Source of the DNA: Candidatus Aminicenantales bacterium
Lineage (GTDB): Bacteria > Acidobacteriota > Aminicenantia > Aminicenantales > UBA4085
Length of the DNA: 64,000 nucleotides
Direction: 5' to 3'
Assembly: GCA_049515535.1 (NCBI GenBank)
Contig: JBEKTZ010000008.1
Location: 104,173 to 168,172, forward strand
The translations under genes were made by a program, and so were the position numbers. The notes under the pieces are model-generated. The model had not been told where the DNA came from and ran no database searches. It saw only the letters and a list, made by a program, of their open reading frames with translations. Shown here piece after piece: positions 27,024-35,686 of the stretch. Numbering within the stretch: the first letter of the stretch is position 1; each line of letters begins with the position of its first letter.

Positions 27024-28160
27024 GTGAAAAACATCACGTCAAAAGCCATCTGGAGTGGAGCGATCGCGGGATCGCTCCTTTTTATCACCCTGTTCGGCGC
27101 CGTTTTAGCGGCGGAGGAAAAACCGGCGTTTCTGAGCGGCAAGGTCCGGGACTTGAGCGGACAAAGCGTCTCTCTCGACAAAAAGCTGGAATCGGCCCGG
27201 ACGGAATTCCAGAAATCCGGCGGCGGAAAGATCTATTTCGCGGCCTATGAGTTCCTGAGCCGGCACAAGATCCGCAGGGGAAACTCCTATGGCGCCGGAG
27301 AGGGGTATGTCGTCAGCCCCAAAGAGTCCAAGATCAAGATCGAGGAAAAAGGCCGTGGATGGAACCAGGTCGGAACGGAAACGGACACAAAAGACGCTTC
27401 CTCGCCGGCCGCCCTTCTCATCCTCTACGACGCCTCCAAGAACGGGGAGATCCTGGACGTCGCTATCCTCGATAACGACCAGACCTATGATTTTGCCGAG
27501 GCCGCCGTGTTTTGGCTCGGCCGGGCGGATAACACGGAGAGCGTTTCGTTCCTGGAAAGATCCTTCGACGCGGCCAAAGGCGCATCATCGCTTCAAAAAA
27601 ACGTGATCTTCGCCGTCGGCTGCCATCAGGATCCCCGGGCGTATGCGTTCCTCAAGAAAATCGCCATCGGATCGGACGACAACAAAATCAGAGAAAGCGC
27701 CATTTTCTGGCTGGGAAATTACGGCGACGCGAAAAGCCTGGCCGATCTCAAAGACATCTTCGCCAAGGAAAAAAGCGATTCCGTCAAAAAGCAGATCGTT
27801 TTCGCCCTGCAGTTGAGCCGGCAAAAAGAAGCCGTTGAGGAGCTGATCCGGATCGCCAGACAGGACGCGAGTCTGGACGTCCGCAAGCAAGCCGTTTTCT
27901 GGCTGGGGCAAAAGGCTTCCGCCGAAAGCATCAAGGCGCTCAAGGACATCGTCGGAGAGCCGGACGAGGACACCAAATTGAAGGACCAGGCGGTCTTCGC
28001 CATCAGCCAGCTCCCCAAAGACAAATCCGTGCCGATGTTGATCGACATCGCCAAGTCGAACAAGACCGCGTCCATCCGGAAGAACGCGATCTTCTGGCTG
28101 GGGCAAAGCGGCGATCCCGCCGCGCTGAAATTCTTCGAGGAGATCCTCCTGAAGAAGTAG
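27024..28160 (+). CDS. Secreted HEAT-repeat protein, paralog of the preceding gene
   Basis: Signal/TM segment followed by the same A(V/I)FWLGQ repeat architecture. Confidence 0.6.
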   Translation: MKNITSKAIWSGAIAGSLLFITLFGAVLAAEEKPAFLSGKVRDLSGQSVSLDKKLESARTEFQKSGGGKIYFAAYEFLSRHKIRRGNSYGAGEGYVVSPKESKIKIEEKGRGWNQVGTETDTKDASSPAALLILYDASKNGEILDVAILDNDQTYDFAEAAVFWLGRADNTESVSFLERSFDAAKGASSLQKNVIFAVGCHQDPRAYAFLKKIAIGSDDNKIRESAIFWLGNYGDAKSLADLKDIFAKEKSDSVKKQIVFALQLSRQKEAVEELIRIARQDASLDVRKQAVFWLGQKASAESIKALKDIVGEPDEDTKLKDQAVFAISQLPKDKSVPMLIDIAKSNKTASIRKNAIFWLGQSGDPAALKFFEEILLKK

Positions 28161-28165
28161 GGAAA

Positions 28166-29986
28166 TCAAAAATCTTTGACGGCGGCGATGATGTGACGGG
28201 CGCTGATCCCGTATCGATCCATCAACTCGTCCGGCTTGCCCGAACGGGGAAGTTCCCGGACGCAGAGGTGCTTGATCCGGGCGCGGCCCGCCAGGGCCGA
28301 GGCCACGGCCTCGCCCAATCCGCCGGCCTCGAAATGATCCTCGACGACGACGGCCCGGCTTCCCGTTTCGGCCACGTTTTTCAAGATGGTCTCGCCATCC
28401 AGCGGCTTGACGGAATAGGCATCCACGACGCGGATCCCGAGGCCCTCTTTCTTCAATTCTTCATAAGCCTTGAGCGATTCGAAGACCGTGATGCCGGCGG
28501 CGATCACCGTCGCCTTGTCGTTCTCGCTCTTCCTCAGCACTTTCGACCCTCCGATCGGGAAGGCATCATCCTTGGCATAGAGCAGGGGCACCGCCGGCCG
28601 CGTCGTGCGGATATAACACATGCCGCGATGCCGGGCGGCGGCCTCGACGCACGCTTCCGCCGCGTACGCATCGCTCGGATAGAGGACGACGCAACCGGGG
28701 ATGGGGCGAAAAATCGCCAGGTCCTCGAGACCCATCTGGGACGGTCCGTCCTCACCGATGCTCACTCCGACATGCGATCCGCAGATCTTGATGTTCGAGA
28801 GCGAATACGCCGCCATCCGCGCCTGGTCGTGGGCGCGGCTCAGGAACGCCGCGAACGTCGCCATGAACGGGATGTATCCCTTGGCCGCGAATCCCATGCC
28901 CATGCCGACCATGTTCTGTTCGGCGATGAACGACTGGAACGACCGCCTGGGGAACGCCTCGAAAAACTTGTCGGCATATGTCGAGTTTTTGACGTCGCCG
29001 TCGATGACGACGATGCCGCCATGAGTTTTGCCGAGCGCCAGAAGAGCATTGCCGTAAGCCAGCCGCGTCGCGGTCTTGTCTTTGTAGGCGGTTCTTTCGA
29101 AAGTCATATTCCTCTCGAACTCCGGCCGCGCCGTTTTTATGGGAGGACGGACGAAGGACGCGGCGTCTACCTCGGGGAGCGGGCCGATTTCTTCGAGCGC
29201 CGCCCGCAACTCATCTTCTTTCAACGGCTTGCCATGCCATCCGTTCTTGTTTTCCGTGAACGAAACGCCTTTGCCTTTGATGGTCTTGGCCAGAATGACG
29301 GTCGGCTTACCGCCCCTGCCGATCTTCTTTAGCGCGTCCAGAATCGCCCTGATTTTGTGACCGTCAACGCGCAGGACATCCCATCCGAACGCCCGGAATT
29401 TTCCGGCGAAAGCCGCCACGTCGTACTCGTGCATGGTCGCCTCGGACTGGCCGAGCCGGTTGATATCGACGATGGCGCACAAATTGTTGAGCTTAAAAAA
29501 AGAAGCGGCGTTCGCCGCTTCCCAGACCGATCCTTCCGCGCACTCGCCGTCGCCCATGACGACGAAGACGCGGCCCGGCGACGCGCCGAGCTTCATGGCC
29601 GCGGCCATGCCCGCGCCGACCGAAAGGCCCTGGCCGAGCGAGCCCGTGGCCGCCTTGATCCAGGTCATCCGCGGCGTCGGGTGGCCTTCCAGATCGCTCG
29701 TGAGCTTCCGCAACTCCATGAGGTCCCGGAGAGGGATGATGCCCGCCTCGGCGTAGGCCGCCCATAAAATGGGCGCCGCGTGCCCCTTGGAGAGAATGAG
29801 TTCGTCGTTTCCCCAATCCTCGGGATCCTTGGGATTGAAGCGCATCTCGCCGAAAAACAGGCAGGACATGATCTCGGCCAGCGACAGGCAGGTCGTCGGG
29901 TGGCCGGAGCCCGCTTTGGTCGTCATCATCAGGGAATGGATACGAAGTTTCGTGGCGATCTTTTCCAGGGCGGCGATGCGGTTCAT
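28166..29986 (-). CDS. tkt: Transketolase (short, single-polypeptide form)
   Basis: N-terminal TPP-binding region (GHP..., GDG.., EG) and C-terminal pyrimidine-binding/C-terminal domains. 606 aa. Confidence 0.85.
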   Translation of the reverse strand: MNRIAALEKIATKLRIHSLMMTTKAGSGHPTTCLSLAEIMSCLFFGEMRFNPKDPEDWGNDELILSKGHAAPILWAAYAEAGIIPLRDLMELRKLTSDLEGHPTPRMTWIKAATGSLGQGLSVGAGMAAAMKLGASPGRVFVVMGDGECAEGSVWEAANAASFFKLNNLCAIVDINRLGQSEATMHEYDVAAFAGKFRAFGWDVLRVDGHKIRAILDALKKIGRGGKPTVILAKTIKGKGVSFTENKNGWHGKPLKEDELRAALEEIGPLPEVDAASFVRPPIKTARPEFERNMTFERTAYKDKTATRLAYGNALLALGKTHGGIVVIDGDVKNSTYADKFFEAFPRRSFQSFIAEQNMVGMGMGFAAKGYIPFMATFAAFLSRAHDQARMAAYSLSNIKICGSHVGVSIGEDGPSQMGLEDLAIFRPIPGCVVLYPSDAYAAEACVEAAARHRGMCYIRTTRPAVPLLYAKDDAFPIGGSKVLRKSENDKATVIAAGITVFESLKAYEELKKEGLGIRVVDAYSVKPLDGETILKNVAETGSRAVVVEDHFEAGGLGEAVASALAGRARIKHLCVRELPRSGKPDELMDRYGISARHIIAAVKDF

Positions 29987-30098
29987 GGATTCCTCTCTCC
30001 CTTCATTTCACGGCCGGGTGCTCGTGAAGGGAACATTATATTTTTTTTTCCTGTTCGGGACAATTCCCTGAGATCGAAGGAAAACCGGGCCTCGAAGC

Positions 30099-31262
30099 TC
30101 AGGACAAGCCGCGGAGGGCCGCCGCGAAATCCTCTAAAAGATCGGCCGTCGCTTCGACGCCGACGGAAAGCCGGATCAGGCCGTCCGAGATGCCGAGCCT
30201 CCGCCGGTCTTCGGGGTTCATTCCCAAATGCGAAGTGGTCGCCGGCCGGGTCATCAGCGTCTCGACCCCGCCGAGACTCGGGGCGATGATCGGAAGTTTG
30301 ACGTTGCGCATCAAGGCCTCGGCCGCGGCCACGCCGCCCTTTAATTCGAAACTCAACATCCCCCCGAAGCCGTCAAAGAGACGGGCCGCGCGGTCGTGGC
30401 TCGCGCCGCCCGGCAAGCCGGGATAATTCACTCGCGCGACCGAGGGATGAGCGGCGAGAAAGCGGGCCGTCTTCATGGCGCTTTCGTTCTGGAATCGCAC
30501 GCGGAGGGCGAGGGTCTTCAGCCCGCGGTGGAGCAGGAAACAGGCATGGGGATCCATCGAACCGCCCAGATGATCGAGCTTCAGGAGGACCTTCCCGACG
30601 AGGTCCGCCCGGCCGATGACCGCTCCGCCGACGATGTCCGAGTGCCCATTCAGATATTTCGTGCAGGAGTGGAGCGAAAGGTCGAAGCCGCGCTCGGCCG
30701 GCCGGAAATTGACGGGCGTGGCGAACGTGTTGTCGATCATCGAAACGAGCGAATGGGCCCGGGCGAAGGCGACGACGGCTTCGAGGTCGGGAACCTGCAT
30801 TAGGGGGTTGTCGATGGATTCGACGTAAATGGCGCGCGTCGTCGGCCGGAGCTTTCCTTTCCAGGAGCCCGGATCATCGATATCGAGGAAATCGTGGGCG
30901 ATACCGAACGAGGCGAGGTGCCTGGTGAAGAAATCGTGCGTCCCCCCATATAGCGATTCCTGGGCGAGGATGTGGTCGCCGGCGGATGCGACGGCGAGGA
31001 GCGCGGTCGTGATGGCCGCCATGCCGCTCGCCGCCACGAGGGCGGCCTCGGCGTTCTCGATCGAGGCCAGCTTGCGATGGAGGACGGTGTGGTTCGGCGT
31101 GTTGTTGAGCCGGATGTACTTGATATCGTGGTAATGTTCGGCTCCGGCGTATTCATACATGGCCGATTGAAAGACCGGCAGGCTAACCGCGCCGAGGACG
31201 CCCGGCCGGATCTCGCCGGCATGGATCAATTTTGTTTCGATAGTCATGTCCTTTCGCGTCAT
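30099..31262 (-). CDS. Cys/Met-metabolism PLP-dependent enzyme (cystathionine gamma-synthase/beta-lyase/methionine gamma-lyase family)
   Basis: PLP-lysine motif SCTKYLNGHSD. ~387 aa. GGAGG RBS before the ATG at 31262. Confidence 0.8.
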   Translation of the reverse strand: MTRKDMTIETKLIHAGEIRPGVLGAVSLPVFQSAMYEYAGAEHYHDIKYIRLNNTPNHTVLHRKLASIENAEAALVAASGMAAITTALLAVASAGDHILAQESLYGGTHDFFTRHLASFGIAHDFLDIDDPGSWKGKLRPTTRAIYVESIDNPLMQVPDLEAVVAFARAHSLVSMIDNTFATPVNFRPAERGFDLSLHSCTKYLNGHSDIVGGAVIGRADLVGKVLLKLDHLGGSMDPHACFLLHRGLKTLALRVRFQNESAMKTARFLAAHPSVARVNYPGLPGGASHDRAARLFDGFGGMLSFELKGGVAAAEALMRNVKLPIIAPSLGGVETLMTRPATTSHLGMNPEDRRRLGISDGLIRLSVGVEATADLLEDFAAALRGLS

Positions 31263-31329
31263 GGAGAAGCCTCCTCACGAAAATTGAATAAGCGGAATCG
31301 GGCAGGACGATCCGGACGGACGGCCGTTC

Positions 31330-32358
31330 TCAGCTCTGCCAGGAGCGCGGGAAGAAGATTTTCTCATACAAGGTCAGGGCGTAGCGATCGGTCATGCCGG
31401 CTATGAAATCTCCCACGCGTTTCTCAAGCGGATCTCCCTGCGGATATTCCTTGATATAGTCTTCGGGATGCTTGCTCAGATAATCATAGAGGTCGCGCAT
31501 GATCTTCTCGGTCTTGCGCAGCTCCTCGCGGGCGGAAGGGTTGTAATAGACGCGTTCGTACAGGAAATCCCGCAGCTCGACCACGGCCTTCATGATCTCG
31601 TCGCTCATGGCGATCCGATCGAGATTCGCTTTCGCGCTGGATTCCACGACGTCCACGACCATTTTGTCGATGCGCGTCGCATGCCAGCGGCCGAGGACCC
31701 CGACCAGGTGGCGCGGGATGTCGGTCTCCTTGATGATGCCGGCCCTCAGCGCGTCGTCGATATCGTGATTCACGTAGCCGATCACGTCCGAAACGCGCAC
31801 GATCTGGCCTTCGAGCGTCGCCGGCAGGTCCTCTTTTTTCCGGTCCAGGATCTTGCCGCGGCCTTTGGAGTGGCGGGAGATGCCGTCGCGGACCTCGAAG
31901 GTCAGGTTCAGGCCCTTCCCATCATACTCGAGCTTATCCACGACGCGGAGGCTCTGCTCATAGTGGCTGAACCCTCCGGGAAGGAGCTTGGCCAGCGTCT
32001 CTTCCCCCGAATGGCCGAAGGGCGTGTGACCGAGGTCGTGGCCGAGGGCGATGGCTTCGGTCAGGTCCTCGTTCAGCCGCAGGGCTTTGGCGATCGTCCG
32101 GGCGATCTGGGAGACTTCGAGGGTATGAGTGAGGCGCGTGCGGTAGTGGTCGCCGAAGGGCGCCAGGAAAACTTGCGTCTTATGCTTCAGGCGGCGGAAC
32201 GACTTGCAATGGAGGATGCGGTCCCGATCGCGCTGGAAAGCGGTCCGGAAGGCGTGGGGCGCTTCCTGCCGCACCCGACCTTTCGTGTCCCGGCTCAGGC
32301 AGGCCTTGGGCGAAAGGATCTGGGCTTCGATCTCCTCGAGCTGTTCCCGGATGTTCAA
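31330..32358 (-). CDS. dGTP triphosphohydrolase-like HD-domain phosphohydrolase
   Basis: HD motif ([10 protein letters not shown]) and a conserved N-terminal [10 protein letters not shown]...[11 protein letters not shown]. Apparent TTG start. Confidence 0.8.
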   Translation of the reverse strand: MNIREQLEEIEAQILSPKACLSRDTKGRVRQEAPHAFRTAFQRDRDRILHCKSFRRLKHKTQVFLAPFGDHYRTRLTHTLEVSQIARTIAKALRLNEDLTEAIALGHDLGHTPFGHSGEETLAKLLPGGFSHYEQSLRVVDKLEYDGKGLNLTFEVRDGISRHSKGRGKILDRKKEDLPATLEGQIVRVSDVIGYVNHDIDDALRAGIIKETDIPRHLVGVLGRWHATRIDKMVVDVVESSAKANLDRIAMSDEIMKAVVELRDFLYERVYYNPSAREELRKTEKIMRDLYDYLSKHPEDYIKEYPQGDPLEKRVGDFIAGMTDRYALTLYEKIFFPRSWQS

Positions 32359-32474
32359 GATCTTGACCTCGACGGAAGTATCTTAACTTAAATGACGCGC
32401 CCGATAAAGCCCCCACGAGCAGAGAAACGAAGCGGAAACGATTCTCAGGTACCATTTGACGAGCGGCGATTATG

Positions 32475-32642
32475 CCCCGTGGCTTGCCACGGGGAGCCGC
32501 TCGAGAGGAATCCAAGGGGGAGTCGCCCCCTTGGTCGCAGGGCGGGGTTTCATGCCCCGCCCGAGAAGGGGAGGCAGGGCGCACCGTTTTGTACCTAGAG
32601 TACAAAACGGTGCGCCCGTTGGAAGGGGTCTTCCCCTCCAAG
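32475..32642 (+). repeat. Multi-hairpin conserved intergenic element, copy A (candidate structured ncRNA or mosaic REP element)
   Basis: Order of parts: H0 hairpin, CCAAGGGGG-N-CCCCCTTGG, TCGCAG, variable hairpin, CGAGAAGGGGAGGCAGGG, variable hairpin, CCGTTGGAAGGGGTCTTCCCCTCCAAG. The second copy at 58980-59129 has the same order, with different but base-pairing variable hairpins. Confidence 0.4.
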
Positions 32643-32671
32643 TTGACTTTTGGCCCTTTAGGCATTATTAT
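32643..32671 (+). promoter_or_regulatory. sigma70-like promoter (TTGACT, 17-nt spacer, TATTAT) immediately 3' of repeat copy A, driving the small ORF
   Basis: Hexamers are read directly. AAAGGAGGG RBS and the ATG at 32704 follow. Confidence 0.45.
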
Positions 32672-32703
32672 AGGCATTATTAATAGTCCATAAAGGAGGG
32701 ACC

Positions 32704-32997
32704 ATGAAAGACATCCCGAAAGCCCCGCCATCTAAGCTCTACCATTGGAAGAAGCTTATTGAGACACTCGAAAAAATCGATCCCATCGCCGCCGTTACGA
32801 GCATCACGATGGAGCCAATTTATCCGCCGACGGTCAGGGGCGGCAAGAAATATATTCACGCCGCGAGCGTCGAATTTAGCACGGGGATCCCGTTGTTCAA
32901 AGATTTTCCCAACATCAGGTATTCAGCTCGTTTGTGTCTTGAGCACCAAGACGAGTGCTGGTGGGACATCGTCGCCTGTCCCAATATCAAGATTTAA
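32704..32997 (+). CDS. Small hypothetical protein (97 aa) with a C-terminal Cys/Trp cluster
   Basis: Strong RBS (AAAGGAGGG) and an upstream promoter. Motif CLEHQDECWWDIVAC. No recognisable family. Confidence 0.45.
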   Translation: MKDIPKAPPSKLYHWKKLIETLEKIDPIAAVTSITMEPIYPPTVRGGKKYIHAASVEFSTGIPLFKDFPNIRYSARLCLEHQDECWWDIVACPNIKI

Positions 32998-33089
32998 AAA
33001 ACCCGATCTTCGACTGAATCTGATCTCTGGCGGATAGGTCTAGGTCGATCTTTTTGCCTTCAAGGCCCCCTTCTGATAAAATTTCTTTC

Positions 33090-33749
33090 ATGTCCCTCAT
33101 CGGAGACAACGTCGCCAGGGTCTTAGCGGAACTCCCCCCGGGCGTCGAGCTCGTCGCGGCGGCCAAGACAAGGACACCCGCGGAAATCCTGGAAGCCGTC
33201 GAGGCCGGAGTGCGGATCATCGGCGAGAACTACGTCCAGGAAGCGGCCGAAGCTTTCGCCGCGATCGGGCGCCGGGTGAGATGGCACGGCATCGGCCATC
33301 TCCAGACGAACAAGGTGAAAAAGGCGGTCGAGATTTTCGACCTGATAGAAACCGTGGATTCCCTGGATCTGGCCGGGGAAATCGACAAGCGCTGCCGGAA
33401 TGCCGGCAAAGCCCTGCCGGTTCTGATCGAAATCAACAGCGGCGATGAAGCCCAAAAATCCGGCGTCCGGCCGCAAGAGGCCGAGGCGCTGATCAGGGAA
33501 ATCGCCATTCTGCCGAATATCAGGATCGAGGGTTTGATGACGATGGGACCCTTCGAAGGGAACCCGGAAGACGCCCGTCCTTATTTCAGGATCACGAAAC
33601 GGCTCTTTGATGAATTCCAATCGCTCGGCCTGCCCGCCGTGGCCATGAAGCGGCTATCGATGGGTATGACCAATTCCTACCGTGTCGCTCTCGAGGAAGG
33701 GGCGACCATGGTCCGTATCGGAACGGGCATCTTCGGCCCGCGGTTTTGA
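33090..33749 (+). CDS. yggS: YggS family pyridoxal-phosphate homeostasis protein
   Basis: Alanine-racemase-N-like fold motifs (AAKTRT PLP-lysine region, GENYVQE, HLQTNK). ~220 aa from the ATG at 33090. Confidence 0.8.
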   Translation: MSLIGDNVARVLAELPPGVELVAAAKTRTPAEILEAVEAGVRIIGENYVQEAAEAFAAIGRRVRWHGIGHLQTNKVKKAVEIFDLIETVDSLDLAGEIDKRCRNAGKALPVLIEINSGDEAQKSGVRPQEAEALIREIAILPNIRIEGLMTMGPFEGNPEDARPYFRITKRLFDEFQSLGLPAVAMKRLSMGMTNSYRVALEEGATMVRIGTGIFGPRF

Positions 33750-33784
33750 ACGCTCCCGTTCAAAACTCATCCGGGGCGCCGTGT

Positions 33785-34729
33785 TTAAATAAAAATCCCC
33801 TCCGTCCAGCCGAGCTTGATGAGCTCGATCAGGCTCGGATCGCTTGTCCCCAACTTGTGCCGCGAGTCCGCCAGAGCGATATGGTGGGCCGAAGTTTCGA
33901 GCGGCTGAGCCTCGCCGAAAACCTGCAGCCGCTTGGCTTCGATGACCCGAAATCCGGTGCTGTCCACGGCCACGGGATCCTGCCCGACGATCAAGCCCTT
34001 ATACGGCCAGAGGTATTTTTCGTTGAAGCCGCTCGGCCCGATGTTGTGGAACTGCGGCGTGAGCATGACCAGGATGTTCAGCTTCGTCTTGTCCTTGACA
34101 ATGGGCAAGCTCCAGATCGTGGCCAGGTCGGCGCAGGCGTCGTTATGGTACTCGGACGGCTTGGGGACGAACTGGATGTAATTCTTGATGCAGCTCCCCA
34201 TCCCCGCCCAGTAGTGGACCCGGGCGGGACGGGCGTTGATCAGGACGGTTGAGTTCTGGAAGATCGGATTGCTCAAAACGCCTCGGTCTGCGACCGCGAC
34301 TCGGTCGGCGGGCACGCCGGCGTCCAGGACCCTTCGCTTGATCGCCTCCTCGACCTCTTTGCCCGTCGGCAGGGACCGCCAGGCGTTGGTCTTGATCCCG
34401 ACGGTGTCGCCGGGCTTGACGATCTTTTTCCAAGCGGCCACCGGATCCTTCTCACCGAAGAGCGTCGTGACCGCGTCGTCCAGCATTTTTTGGATCACCG
34501 CGCCGTCGAACGTCTTATTGTCCGCGGCCACGGCGTTCGCGTCCCGGACAAGGACGACCCGCGACGCATGGGCCAGGGATTTGATCGTCGCGACCCCCCC
34601 GGCGCTCGCCGCCCGCGGCGTCGGCGCGACCGCCGCGGCGCCCGTGCAACAGCAGCCGATCGCCCCAGCGATGGGGGTGACGGCGGCCGCCTTCAGAAAA
34701 TCGCGGCGGGTGATGGTTTTCTTTTTCAT
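33785..34729 (-). CDS. Tat-exported protein of unknown function (possibly DUF362-like)
   Basis: Twin-arginine signal MKKKTITRRDFLKAAAV with AAGGAGG RBS. No catalytic motif identified. 4-nt overlap with the upstream gene. Confidence 0.5.
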   Translation of the reverse strand: MKKKTITRRDFLKAAAVTPIAGAIGCCCTGAAAVAPTPRAASAGGVATIKSLAHASRVVLVRDANAVAADNKTFDGAVIQKMLDDAVTTLFGEKDPVAAWKKIVKPGDTVGIKTNAWRSLPTGKEVEEAIKRRVLDAGVPADRVAVADRGVLSNPIFQNSTVLINARPARVHYWAGMGSCIKNYIQFVPKPSEYHNDACADLATIWSLPIVKDKTKLNILVMLTPQFHNIGPSGFNEKYLWPYKGLIVGQDPVAVDSTGFRVIEAKRLQVFGEAQPLETSAHHIALADSRHKLGTSDPSLIELIKLGWTEGIFI

Positions 34730-35646
34730 ATTCCGGTTTTCCTCCTTTGCTCGACTTTCGCCAATATTTCCTTCGCCGTCTCGGCCGACGGCGCGCCGAA
34801 GACGACGGCGATCAGATCCTCCCGGACCGTCGCCCCCGTCCATTTGTTGTCTTCGCTTCGGAATAAGCCGGACGCTCCGGAGCCGGGCATGGCGATCCTC
34901 GCGAACTTCTCAAAGGCCTCGGACGCTCTCTTGGGCCCGGGATACTTGATCAGCAGCAAAATGCCGTTTCGTCCTTTCCATCCCGGCTTGGCGAGCACGG
35001 CCTCGGACGTCGGGTCGAGGTCCAGGACGTTTTCCCGGTCGACGAAAAATAAGCGGTTCAGAATGATATGGTTGTGAAGATAATGAACGATCTTTTTGTC
35101 CGCGAACTCGGCCGGCAGCATATTCAAGAGGGCCGGCTTCCTTCCCTCGCCTTGGATCGCGGCGGCGATGGCTCCGCCCGCGGCGAAGAGCGCGGCTTTC
35201 GTCTCGGCCGTCTCCGCTTCGGCGGTGATCGCGACGAAATAGCGGTCTTTCCAAAATGAGAGCAGTCCGCCGTTATAGGTCGCGTCCTGTCCAACGTCGG
35301 CGGCCTCCCCTTCCAGGTCGTTGGTGAAGACGCCGAACGCGTCGTGCGCCGAGCCCATGTCGAAGAAATCGATGACGATGTCGGAGTTCCCCGGCTTCCT
35401 CAAGCGGCGGGAAAGCAGGGCCTTGAAATCATAGGCCCGATAGATCTCTCCAGCCCCGTCGATATAATCGAAAATGGTCTGCGGATCGTAAAGCTGGTCT
35501 TTGTCTTCGGCCTTCCAGCCGAGGACGTCCCCGGGAAGAAACGATTTCAACCGGTCCGCTGAGGTATCTTGCGAAGCGCTCATGGCGGCCTTCCCGGCAA
35601 GAACGAGCAGAAGAACCGCGAGGCCGGGTCGGAAAACCCTTCTCAT
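34726..35646 (-). CDS. Secreted hypothetical protein
   Basis: Signal peptide MRRVFRPGLAVLLLVLAGKAAMSAS. Co-directional and overlapping with neighbours in the ior/acd operon. Confidence 0.45.
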   Translation of the reverse strand: MRRVFRPGLAVLLLVLAGKAAMSASQDTSADRLKSFLPGDVLGWKAEDKDQLYDPQTIFDYIDGAGEIYRAYDFKALLSRRLRKPGNSDIVIDFFDMGSAHDAFGVFTNDLEGEAADVGQDATYNGGLLSFWKDRYFVAITAEAETAETKAALFAAGGAIAAAIQGEGRKPALLNMLPAEFADKKIVHYLHNHIILNRLFFVDRENVLDLDPTSEAVLAKPGWKGRNGILLLIKYPGPKRASEAFEKFARIAMPGSGASGLFRSEDNKWTGATVREDLIAVVFGAPSAETAKEILAKVEQRRKTGI

Positions 35647-35686
35647 CACCGGAGATTTTATCAAAACTCGATTTGGGAGGGAAGGG

